Origin: Balanoglossus misakiensis
Taxonomy: Eukaryota; Animalia; Hemichordata
Length of the DNA: 64,000 bases
NCBI GenBank assembly: GCA_040954595.2
Contig: CM082585.2
Coordinates: 2,200,902 to 2,264,901, forward strand
Reading direction: 5' to 3'
Below the pieces are notes generated by a model. That model searched no databases and was not told the origin of the DNA. It worked only from the letters and a program-made list of their open reading frames with translations. Below, piece after piece: positions 37,429 through 50,100 of this stretch (positions within the stretch are counted from its first letter, which is position 1; each line of letters begins with the position of its first letter). A program made the position numbers and the translations under genes.

Positions 37429-37845
37429 AGAATCTCACACTCCCAAGGACCTGGGATCACATTTCTCACAAGAGTTGGGGATTTTCTGTCCCACACGAGC
37501 CGCAGGCTCGTGTGGGACAGAATATCCCCGACGAGTGTGAGAAATATGATCCCAGGTCCTTGGTGTGTGAGATTCTTTTTCTCACACGGTCACAAATTAG
37601 CCAAGTTCGTTAAAAACATTGAATAAATGACTCTGGAATTGTTGTCTGGGGGCACGTTGTAGTCTCTGTGCCTGTAATACACATCGCGCCATTGGATAAC
37701 ATTTAGTGCGCGTAGCGACAGAACACTTTGTTAACCAATCAGCACTCACGTCATATACAGCTTTCTATTCAGTGAGATTGTGAGAACAATTTGTTCCCAC
37801 ACTCTGTTCTCACACTCCCAGCGTACGGGGAGTGTAAGAAAAGAT
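37429..37845. mobile_element. Hairpin-bearing non-autonomous element in an intron (148-bp palindrome at 37429-37576)
   Basis: AGAATCTCACAC...CCCACACGAGCC-GCA-GGCTCGTGTGGG...GTGTGAGATTCT, with further TCTCACAC motifs to ~37845. The outer end is approximate. Confidence 0.7.
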
Positions 37846-39921
37846 AGTGTCATACCTTTCACTTTGTACTGGCTGTGATGGGCCTTCTGTAGATTCCATA
37901 GGTTTCTCTTGTGATGATTCTCCTATCTCCTGAACATCTATCTCTGCAATTCCAGAGATGGAAGAAACCCTGTACAAAGAAAAAAAAGACTAAAATTTGA
38001 TACATGACAAACTAGGTCTGCACAAACGTTGTAGGTTCCAGTTCCCCCTAATCCCCCAACCAGTAAGCAGTGAAAAACCTATGTTTGCTGGATTAAAACC
38101 ATAGACGTGAATGTCTTGGTCAACACACTGAATAAATTGTATAGGATGATTTTGGTTGTTTATTGGAGGGCAAATGTCAGGTATACTTCGCCATTGTTAT
38201 GTTGATTATTGTCACCTGAGAGTTTGAGCAGAGGCTTTTCCTCATACTACAGATTGTGGCTAGAAGCATTGAAATTATCATGTAATGTAAAAAAACAGTG
38301 CTTAAACACCTACCTGACTGATGATATTTCTGATGCAACTAATTCTTCTAAATTTTTTTCGATATCACAAAGATGGCCATTTCCTGGCGTTGATGTCATA
38401 GGAAAAGTTTGGGTGGCTTGTCCTTGATCATCACGTTGCCTATAAATTTTAAGAAACAAATATATACTTTTAGGTATTCCCATCTATCACACAGATAACT
38501 ATGTGGAATGCAACATTTCATTGTTTCATTTCTATAAATTATATTACGGACACAATTACTTTTCATGAGCCATAAAAACATGTCACCTCTTTAAAACAAT
38601 ATACATCATGTATACTGCAAGAGCCCCATCAAATATGAAAATCTATTGTGTACTATACAAAGCTCAAAGTATCATGATCAAAATTTATTTGGTACCTAGT
38701 TTCCATAGACGGTGCAAATACTTGCAGTGTTTCTTGGCCACTTGGAGATGATGCAGGCCTGGTAAATTCTGCATCTGTTGTTGCTGTAACTTGATGTTCA
38801 TAATACCTGTCCACACAAATAATAAGACACAATGAACCTTTTTTGCCTTTACAATGGCTTGTTTACGTAGCCAATTTCTGTCTTTAGAAGGGATTACACA
38901 CAGCCATAATTTGCCTCAGAGGACAGGTTACAGACACGTAAGGTGAGAATAAGATAACTACGAGAAAATAGCCAAATTTTTCTTCAGTTCATATACAGCT
39001 CAAGAAATGTACACAACTGGCTATAACAAAACGGAAGTTGTAGCAGAACAAAGAACAACCAAATTCCGCTAAAAGCATATTGTCTCGTATGTTCGATAAC
39101 AGTAATACATGTAGATTGTCCGGAGGAAAAAAAAGAAAAAAAAAAAAAATTGCAGTACCGTACAATTTATCTCGCATAGTCATACATTGATACAAACGGT
39201 CCAGCGTACTACATACAACTGCTGGTCGAGGGCGAGGTATGCGCTGGGCAAAATCACTAAGTGAAATACGACTTGAAACAGCACATTTAGAATTACATTG
39301 AGATGATGCTCGCAGTGATTCTGTGAGACACAGATTCTAAATTCATGTACACAATTCATGCCGTATCTTTGGCTATGGAGTACGTACACAGTGAATGCAC
39401 GAATATGTACTTACCGGTCGATCAGTACCTTTGCGACCTGGCGGTTCGTTTCCAATACCAAGGAGCGTTTGATTTCATTCCAACGATGAATTTCCGAGAA
39501 AATGTTTATCTGACCTACTTGTTTCAGCAATTGTTTACGTTTTTTTGCCGAAGCAGTGGTTTGTGGGCGGCCACGAGCACGTTTACGTTTACCACTGCTA
39601 CTGGGAACAGACGCCAAAGCATCCGCCATGACTGTCGCTACAGCTATAATTATATGTATGACGTTTCATTTTGTGTATATACCCTTGCACATGCGCACAT
39701 TGGTAATGATCGAAGCCCGGCCCGCGTCCGCGCTCGAATAAATGGTAAAGAACGATTATTCATTTTGGTGATTTTTTTACTCTCGTGTCTACAAGCGGGA
39801 TGGAACTTGTGTGTGGTCGAACGTTGATTCACTATATATCAACATTTAAAATAACATACACAGTGTCTTGAATGAATCAAAAGTAATGGAAAAAAGGCAA
39901 AAAGAGAGAGACTTTGTCCCT

Positions 39922-41620
39922 TTAAGTCAAAGGCTGATATTTCTCACTGTGTGTGACCAGGGTATCATTTTAAACACAGACTGGACTTTGACTACTGTGT
40001 CCAATGGAAAAAATACATCAGCATCTATGTCTGCAAAAAGGTGTCAAAACTGACATATCTTATCATGTATGTCATCAAACTCAAAGGATAATATCTTCAT
40101 TTCATGTGACCTGCCTGGTTAAAGTTTACCGCCAACATTTCACCATGCTTTACCCACCCATGGCACAGTGTGTCAAATCCAATATTTGGTTCGATGAATG
40201 AACCATGAAAGTTTCCGAATTGGTACTACCCGAAAACTGCATGGCAAGCTAAATTTGGAATTTGGATGGGGTGGGGAGGTAAAGCTAACCTAACGTACAG
40301 TCGTTTAGATTTAACATTATGCCTGTGAGTTACATGTTAATATTTTCTGCATGTCTGTCGCGTACAATGCGTCGGTGCGGAAAAATGATCACAGGTACTA
40401 TTCAGAAGAATTCCGCTGAATCATGGTGACGATGTGCATGGAAAAATCCTGATTATGATCTAACTGATAAACAATAGCATGATATTAATAAAATATACAC
40501 ATTAACCAATGAATGAACCATCGTGAAGATTGTGCCCCAACACTTATTTAAGCTTTTATCATTATTATACCTTTGTCATTACTAAATATATCAACAGCCC
40601 TGTACACCAAAGCTATCACCACATTTGTTAACCTTTATTACACCATTCATATGAAACCCTTCACCATCATCAACCTCTATTATATTCATTGTTTTGGCCC
40701 ATTATAATCTGTGTACCCTCAATTTTACCACAAACCATCACCACATTAGTTAACTGTTTATTAAACACTTCCACATGTGTTGCCCATTATTATACCATTG
40801 AAATTTATAAATCGATCATCATACCTATCATACAAGCAATTGCTGATTGCTGTTAACCCTTGTGTACCACAAGCCATTATCATGAAATAGGCAACATGAA
40901 TTTCACATAACACAGTTTGTCAGCTCTGAGAATATTGTTCTCAGGACCATGTCCCACGCTTAATAAAAGTGTTGTGTATGTGGTACAGTTTAGATTCCTT
41001 GTCAGATTTCCCATAACACAGTTCGTGAGCCCCGAAAAGTACCATAACACAATTCTCATGAACATTTCCCATGATCAATAAAAGTGTTGTGTGTAGCATA
41101 GTCATTTTTCCGTTTGCTGTGACATTTGTCTCCGTGTGAGAGTTTAAGTAAATGTGGAAACACGCAAATTAGGCAACATCAATATCCCGTACAGAATTCA
41201 GTGTGTTTTGTTCGCATTTTTGGTTGCCATTTTGAAAATGAACAAAGGACTTTCCATTGACCAACACCCGTATGAATACGTCCAAATTACCCAACTTTAA
41301 TATTCCTTAAATAATTGGTCAGCTGTGCAAATATTTTTCACCTGACCACTTCCTTTGCTAAGCAAGAGTGTTTTTTATGTAATAATATTAATATAATATT
41401 TATAACGTATGTAGCACATTAAATCTCAATGTGCTTTAAAGTTGTCCCATGGTCATTTGATTTAGGTCGTTGGACATAAATATTCCATTCAACTCCCTGG
41501 GGAGCAAACAACATCTCACCATCTTTAGAAATGTCAAATTACAGTGCTTTTGGCCACGTATTAACCTGGGGATTTACAGTTAACTTTAAATACACATGCA
41601 TATGCATTTAATCCCCATGT
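39922..41620 (+). repeat. Composite dispersed repeat, paralog of 25827-27600, ending in a partial satellite monomer
   Basis: Collinear with the 25.8-kb copy but lacks its ~26830-26995 segment. Confidence 0.9.
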
Positions 41621-41681
41621 GACTATAAAACAGTTTGTAAATGTGAATATGTCCACATTACACAACTTGAATTGTACTTAA

Positions 41682-42012
41682 AGGGACAAAGTGTCTCTCT
41701 CGCTGCCCTTTTTACCATTAATTATGTTTGATACAAGACATCGTTTATGTTGGCTGTATAGTGAATCAATGTTCGACCAAACACAACTTCCACCCCACTT
41801 GTACACACAAGAATGAAAAAACTCGCCAAAATGAATAATCGGTGTTTACCATTTATTCATTTTTGCGAGATTTTTACTCTCAGATTCTACAAACGGGATG
41901 AAAGTTGTTGGTTGAATGTTGATTCACTATATAGCCACATGTAGAATAACATAAATGGGTTCATGTATCAAACTTAATTGAACAATGGTGGCGAAAGAGA
42001 GACTTTGCCCCT
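41682..42012. mobile_element. Kolobok-derived fold-back MITE, copy 2
   Basis: TTAA|AGGGACAAAGTGTCTCTC...GAGAGACTTTGCCCCT|TTAA; the arms match the terminal ~170 bp of the Kolobok element (39740-39921). Confidence 0.88.
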
Positions 42013-43391
42013 TTAAACAATTGGTCAGCTCTGCGAATATAGTTCACCTGACCACTTCCTTTGCTAAGTAAGAGTGTTGTTTATGTAATGATATCAATAT
42101 AATATTTATTACTTATATAGCACATTACACAATAAATCTCAATGTGCTGCTTCAAAGTGTTTCCCATGGTAATTTGACCTAGGTCGGTGGACCTAAAATA
42201 TTCCATCCCACTCCATGGGGAGCAAACAACAGCTCACATGTGCAGCTTTTATATCAGCACAGCAGACCTAAACATACTCATTACAATATCGGATCCACCA
42301 AATTACCTTTTCTTATGGGCGGGGAGAGGCAAGGAGATGTAAACACCACAACACCACAACCATGCCAGGGATCAAACCCTTGATTCTTTGATTATGGGTC
42401 TGATGCTCTAACGACTGGACTATGACTTTATGTGGCACAATGACCTTTCCATTTAGTGCCTTGTTCAGCTCTCAGTCAGGGTTTAAGCAAATATGGAAAC
42501 ATGCATATTAGGCTCTTTGAATTTCCAAAAATTCAGTGTGTCAGCTCCCATTTCCCAAGACCAGTTCCCGTGCTAAATAAAAGTGCTGTGTGTGGCATAA
42601 TCATTTTTCCGTCTGCTGTGACATTTGTCTCCCTGTGAGAGTTTAAGTAAATGTGGAGACACGCAAATTAGGCAATCCCATATATCCCATACATAATTCA
42701 GTGTGTTTTGTTCACATTTTTGGTTTTTATTTTGAAAATGAACAAAGGAGTTTCCTATCATTGAGCAACTCACTCCATTAACAGTTGCTCGATATGCAGG
42801 CTAACTTGCTAGATCACTAAAGACTTAAAGCATGTTGAGGTTGGTGCCCCAAACCCTCTTGAAGACAACTGGTTGCTAACGATTGCCAATTAGGCAATTT
42901 GGATATTCTACACATAACACAGTTTGTCAACTTTGAGAATACTGTTCTCAATACTATTTCCCATGCTTAATAGAAGTGTTGAGTAACAGTATGTGGTAGA
43001 ATGGCATTCCTATACGTTGCCTTCTTTTGCTCATTATCACGGTTTCAGTAAATTTAGAGACACGCAAGTTTAGCAGCTTGAATTTCTCATAACACAGTTT
43101 TGAGCTCCGAGAACACAGTTCTCATGAACATTTCCCATGCTCCATAAAAGTGTTGTGTATGTCTTACAATGATCTTTCCATACGCTGCCTTGTATAGCTG
43201 CTGTTAATAATTCAAGTTAATGTGGAGACGTATTAGGCAATATCAACGTCCCATACATAACACAGTTTGTAGGTATGAATACATCCAAAATACCCAACTT
43301 TAATTTTCCTTAAAGAATTGGTCAGCTCTGCAAATATATTTCACCTGACCACTTCCTTAGCTAAGTAAGAGTGTTGTTTATGTAATATTAT

Positions 43392-44022
43392 CATACATGC
43401 AACGCCTGTATTTAACACTTTCTATTGTTCTCGCCCCGAAGATATTTTACGGTATTTCACAATGTGAAAATATCGCGTCCACGTCTCGGCGTGACAGTTC
43501 ACTGCGCGCGCGAGCGACACACGGGGCATAGTGGAGAGGGGTGTTGTAAAATTCGGTTATTAGAAGCTGTAATAAAGTTTTCAAAGCTGGCGGTTTTGTC
43601 ATGTTGAATGCATCAGTTTTAGTTCTTCGAAATTCTCAATGCAAAATAATTGTTAACATGATATTTTGAAAGAGAACGTAGACAATTTTATTTAGAATGT
43701 GGATGTGCCCATCGTAATGAAAGCTGCCAACCCCCTTAAAATGATACTACGGCCCACACGTCATACGTCACAACATGGCTACTGCCGTGATCCCAGCGCC
43801 CGGTTCAAATTTGAAATTATTTTTCTCGGCGCATTTCTGCAAATCGTACTGTTTTATAGGTAGGCATGTATGATAAAGAGGTTATTACACGAATTTTGGT
43901 CGATAACGCGACGCATTCTCGTGATGTCTGTATTTTGACTCGTTGCGAAGCGCAACTCATCAAAATACGGACATCACTCGAATACGACGCGTTATCGACC
44001 AAAATTCGTGTAATAACCCCTA
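43392..44022. mobile_element. ~630-bp insertion ending in a ~140-bp palindrome (43880-44018)
   Basis: It interrupts TGTAATA|ATATTAATATAATATT, which is contiguous in the paralog at ~27451. The hairpin is GGTTATTACACGAATTTTGGTCGATAACGCG...CGCGTTATCGACCAAAATTCGTGTAATAACC. Confidence 0.78.
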
Positions 44023-44164
44023 AATATTAATATAATATTTATAACTTATGTAGCACATTAAATCTCAACATGCTTTAAAGTTGTCCCATGGTAATTTGAC
44101 CTAGGTCGTTGGACCTTACTATTCCATTCAACTCCCTGGGGAGCAAACAACATCTCACCATCAT

Positions 44165-47100
44165 TAGAAATGTCAAATTACAGTGCTTTTGGCCACGTAT
44201 TAACCTGGGGATTTACAATCAACTTTAAATCCACATATGCACCATATTCCAATGTCAATGTGAAGGGCTTGAAATACCATCTACCCTGATGCATCATCAA
44301 GTTTGTTTCGACAACTTTAAATCCCCTTCAGCAAGCATTTTATACCCATGTCAAAGTGCAGAGCTTGCATCACCATCTATCCTGATGCATCATCAAGCTG
44401 CTTCGCCATTTGCCCTGATGCAAAGAATCAGATATAGTGTCACCATTGCATTAGCAATGTCAAATTACAGTGCTTTTGGCCAGGTATTAACCTGGGGATT
44501 TACAATCAACTTTAAATCCCCATATGCACTATATTCCAATGTCAATGTGAAGGGCTTGAAATACCATCTACCCTGATGCATCATCAAGTTTGTTTCGACA
44601 ACTTTAAATCCCCCTCAGCAAGCATTTTATACCCATGTCAAAGTGCAGAGCTTGCATCACCATCTATCCTGATGCATCATCAAGCTGCTTCGCCATTTGC
44701 CCTGATGCAAAGAATCAGATATAGTGTCACCATTGCATTAGCAATGTCAAATTACACTGCTTTTGGCCATGTATTAACATCGGGATTTATAATCAACTTG
44801 AAATCCCCATATGCTTTTTATACCCATGTCAAAGCGAAGTGTTTGCTTCACTATCTACAGTAATGCATCGTCAAGCATGCTTCGCCATTTGCCGTAATGC
44901 AAAGAATCAGATTCAATGTCACCATTGCATTCGCAATGTCAAATTACTGTGCTTTTGGCCACATATTAACCTGGCGATTTACAGTCAACTTTAAACATCA
45001 GTGCATATGCATTAAATACACATGTCAAAGTGCAGTGTCTCCATCACCATTGATCCTGATGCATCATCAAGCATGCTTCGTTATATGCCCTGGTGCAAAG
45101 AATCAGATTTAGTATCACAGTAGCATTAGCCATGTCAAATTACAGTGCTTTTGGCTATGTATTAACCTAGGGATTTACACTCAACTTTAAATCCCCATAT
45201 GCATTATATGCCAATGTCAATGTGAAGGGCTTGAAATACCATCTACCCTGATGCATCATCAAGTTTGTTTCGCCATTAACCCTGATGCAAATAATCAGTG
45301 TCACCATAGCATTAGCAATGTCAATTTACTGAGCGTTTGGCCATGTATTAACTTGGGGGTTTACAATCAACTTTAAATCCCCATATGCATTATATTGCAA
45401 TGTTAACTTGAACGGCTTGAAACACCATCTATACTGATGCATCATCAAGCTTTCTTTACAATTTACCCTGATGCAAAGAATCAGATTTAGTGTCGCCATA
45501 GCATTAGCAATGGCAAATAAAAGTGTTTTCGGCCACATATTAACCCAGGGATTTATAATCAACTTGAAATCCCCATATGAATTTTATACCCATGTCAAAG
45601 CGAAGTGCTTGCATCAATATCTACCGTGATGCATCATCAAGCTTGCTTCGCCATTTGCCCTAATGCAAAGAATCAGATTCAATGTCACTGTAGCATTAGC
45701 AATGTCAAATTACAGTTCGTTTGGCCGTATACTAACCTGGGGATTTACAATCAACTTTAAATCCCCATATGCATTATATTCTAATGTCAATGTGAAGGGC
45801 TTGAAACACCATCTATCCTGATGCATCATCAAGCTTGCTTCACCATTTTCCCTGATGCAAAGAATCAGATTTAGTGTCACGGTAGCATTAGCAAATCCCC
45901 ATATGCATTTAACACCCACGTCAAAGTGAAGTGTTTGCATCCCTATCTACCGTGATGCATCATCAAGCTTGCATCGCCATTTACCCTGATGCAAAGAATC
46001 AGATTCAATATCATCGTTGCATTAGCAATGTCAAATTACAGTGCTTATGGCCACGTATTAACCTGGGAATTTACAGACAACTTTAAATACCCATGCATAT
46101 GCATTAAATACCTATGTCAAAGTGCAGAGCTTGCATCACCATCTATCCTGATGCATCATCAAGCTGCTTCGCCATTTGCCCTGATGCAAAGAATCACATT
46201 CAATGTCACCATTGCATTAGCAATTTTAAATTACAGTGTTTTTGGCCATGTATTAACCTAGGGATTTGCAATTAACTTTAAATCCCCATATGCGTTATAT
46301 TCCAATGTCAAGTGAAGGGCTTGAAACACCATCTATCCTGATGCATCATCAAGCTTGCTTCACAATTTACCCTGATGCAAAAAAATCACATTCAGCGTCA
46401 CCATTTCATTAGCAATGTCAAATTACAGTGATTATGGCCACGTATTAACCTGGGGATTTACAATCAACTTTAAATCCCCATATGCGTTATATTCCAATGT
46501 CAATGTGAAGGGCTTGAAATACCATCTACCCTGATCCATCATCAAGCTGCTTCCCCATTTGCCCTGATGCAAAGAATCAGATATAATGTCAACATGGCAT
46601 TAGCAATGTCAAATTACAGTGCTTTTGGACACGTATTAACACAGGGATTTATAATCTACTTGAAATCCCTATATGCTTTTTATACCCATGTCTAAGCGAA
46701 GTGTTTGCATCACTATCTACTGTGATGCATCATCAAGCATGCTTCGCCATTTACGCTGATGCAAAGAATCAGATTCAATGTCACCATTGCATTAGCAATG
46801 TCAAATTACAGTGCTTTTGGCCATGTATAAACATCGGGATTTATTATCAACTTGAAATCCCCATATGCTTTTTATACCCATGTCAAAGCGAAGTGTTTGC
46901 ATCACTATCTACAGTAATGCATCGTCAAGCATGCTTCGCCATTTGCCCTAATGCAAAGAATCACATTAAATGTCACTGTTGCATTCGCAATGTCAAATTA
47001 CTGTGCTTTTGGCCACGTATTAACCTGGCGATTTACAGTCAACTTTAAATCCCCATATGCATTATATTCCAATGTCAATGTGAAGGGCTTGAAAAACCAT

Positions 47101-50100
47101 CTACCCTGATGCATCATCAAGTTTGTTTCGCCATTAACCCTGATGCAAATAATCAGTGTCACCATAGCATTAGCAATGGCAAATAAAAGTGCTTTCGGCC
47201 ACATATTAACCCAGGGATTTATAATCAACTTGAAATCCCCATATGAATTTTATACCTATGTCAAAGCGAAGTGCTTGCATCAATATCTACCGTGATGCAT
47301 CATCAAGCTTGCTTCGCCATTTGCCCTAATGCAAAGAATCAGATTCAATGTCACTGTAGCATTAGCAATGTCAAATTACAGTTCGTTTGGCCGTTTACTA
47401 ACCTGGGGATTTACAATCAACTTTAAATCCCCATATGCATTATATTCTAATGTCAATGTGAAGGGCTTGAAACACCATCTATCCTGATGCATCATCAAGC
47501 TTGCTTCACCATTTTCCCTGATGCAAAGAATCAGATTTAGTATCACGGTAGCATTAGCAATGTCAAATTACAGTGCCTATGGCCACGTATTAACCTCGGG
47601 ATGTACGGACAACTTTAAATACCCTTGCATATACATTTAATACCTATGTCAAAATGCAGAGCTTGCATCACCATCTACTCTGATGCACCATTAGGCTTGC
47701 TACGCCATTTCCCCTAATGCAAAGAATCACATTCAATGTCACCATTGCTTTTGGCCATGTATTAACCTGGGGATTTATAATCAACTTTAAATCCCCGTCT
47801 GCGTTATATTCCAATGTCAATGTGAAGGGCTTGAAACCTGGGGATTTACAGTCAACTTTTAATCCCCCTGTATACATTTTAAACCCCGGTGTCAAAGTTT
47901 AGTGATTGCATCATCATTGACCCTGGTGCATCATCAAGCATTCTTCAGAATTTGCCCTGATGCAAAGAATCAGATTCAATATCACCCTTGCATTAGCAAT
48001 TTTAAATTACAGTGCTTTTGGACATGTATTAACCTGGGGATTTACAGTCAACATTAAATACCCATGCATAGGCATTAAATACCTATGTCACAATGCATAG
48101 CTTGCATCACCATCTACTCTGATGCACCATTATGCTCGCTACGCCATTTCCCCTAATGCAAAGAATGACATTCAATGTCACCATTGCATTTGCAATTGTA
48201 AATTACAGTGCTTTTGGCCATGTATTAACCTAGGGATTTTCAATCAACTTTAAATCCCCATATGCGTTATATTCCATTGTCAATGTGAAGGGCTTGAAAC
48301 ACCATCTGTCCTGATGCATCATCAAGCTTGCTTCACAATTTACCCCGATGGAAAGAATCAGATTTAATGTCACGGTAGCATTAGCAATGTCAAACTACAG
48401 TGCTTATGGCCACGTATCAACCTGGGGATTTACAATCAACTTTAAATCCCCATATGCGTTATATTCCAATGTCAATGTGAAGGGCTTGAAATACCATCTA
48501 CCCTGATGCATCATCAAGTTTGTTTTGACAACTTTAAATCCCCCTCAGCATGCATTTAATCCCCATGTCAAAGTGCAGAGCTTGCATCACCATCTATCCT
48601 GATGCATCATCAAGCTGCTTCGCCATTTGCCCTGATGCAAAGAATCAGATATAGTGTCACCATTGCATAAGCAATGTCAAATTACAGTGCTTTTGGACAC
48701 GTATTAACACAGGGATTTATAATCTATTTGAAATCCCTATATGCTTTTTATACCCATGTCTAAGCGAAGTGTTTGCATCACTATCTACTGTGATGCATCG
48801 TCAAGCATGCTTCGCCATTTGCCTTAATGCAAAGAATCAGATTAAATGTCACTGTTGCATTCGCAATGTCAAATTACTGTGCTTTTGGCCACGTATTAAC
48901 CTGGCGATTTACAGTCAACTTTAAACATCTGTGCATATGCATTAAATACGCATGTCAAAGTGCAGTGTCTCCATCACCATTGATCCTGATGCATCACCAA
49001 GCATGCTTCGCTATATGCCCTGATGCAAAGAATCAGATTTAGTATCACAGTAGCATTAGCCATGTCAAATTACAGTGCTTTTGGCTATGTATTAACCTGG
49101 GGATTTACAATCAACTTTAAATCCCCATATGCATTATATTCCAATGTCAATGTGAAGGGCTTGAAATACCATCTACCCTGATGCATCATCAAGTTTGTTT
49201 CGCCATTAACCCTGATGCAAATAATCAGTGTCACCATAGCATCAGCAATGTCAAATTACTGAGCATTTGGCCATGTATTAACTTGCGGGTTTACAATCAA
49301 CTTCAAATCCCCATATGCATTATATTGCAATGTTAACTTGAACGGCTTGAAACACCATCTATACTGATGCATCATCAAGCTTTCTTCACAATTTACCCTG
49401 ATGCAAAGAATCAGATTTAGTGTCGCCATAGCATTAGCAATGGCAAATAAAAGTGCTTTCGGCCACATATTAACCCAGGGATTTATAATCAACTTGAAAT
49501 CCCTATATGAATTTTATACCTATGTCAAAGCGAAGTGCTTGCATCAATATCTACCGTGATGCATCATCAAGCTTGCTTCGCCATTTGCCCTAATGCAAAG
49601 AATCAGATTCAATGTCACTGTTGCATTAGCAATGTCAAATTATAGTGCGTTTGGCCGTATACTAACCTGGGGATTTACAATCAACTTTAAATCCCCATAT
49701 GCATTATATTCTAATATCAATGTGAAGGGCTTGAAACACCATCTATCATGATGCATCATCAAGCTTGCTTCACCATTTTCCCTGATGCAAAAAATCAGAT
49801 TTAGTGTCATGGTAGCATTAGCAAATCCCCATATGCATTTGATACCCATGTCAAAGTGAAGTGTTTGCATCACTATCTACCGTGATGCATCATCAAGCTT
49901 GCATCGCCATTCACCCTTATGCAAAGAATCAGATTCAATGTCACCGTTGCATTAGCAATGTCAAATTACAGTGCTTATGGCCACGTATTAACCTGAGGAT
50001 TTACAGTCAACATTAAATACCCATGCATATCCATTAAATACCTATGTCAAAGTGCAGAGCTTGCATCACCATTTACTCTGATGCACCATTAGGCTTGCTA

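Larger units (their letters stand above)
28490..39629 (-). pseudogene. Multi-exon Kolobok-type DDE transposase (C-terminal exons missing)
   Basis: Core exons 36315-36022, 35737-35455, 35166-34930, 33959-33883 and 28594-28490 have GT-AG ends. They splice to CSAGHLEYEWCSQP...AAAILLSG...LVLLGDGRMDSPGFCAQYCTY...VVTDAHMQI...HSHDIWHAAKN...WVTHIVNHFWYCC. Exon 1 is 39629-39415, with probable small exons near 38806, 37970, 36985 and 36653. There is a frameshift in a T-run near 36140, and (TCA)n encodes poly-Asp. Confidence 0.85.
28230..39921 (-). mobile_element. Kolobok-like autonomous DNA transposon, 3'-truncated, with three nested insertions
   Basis: The terminus GAGACTTTGTCCCT|TTAA at 39921 (AG end, TTAA target) lies upstream of a spliced transposase. 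The other end is missing and the sequence runs into satellite near 28225. Confidence 0.82.
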
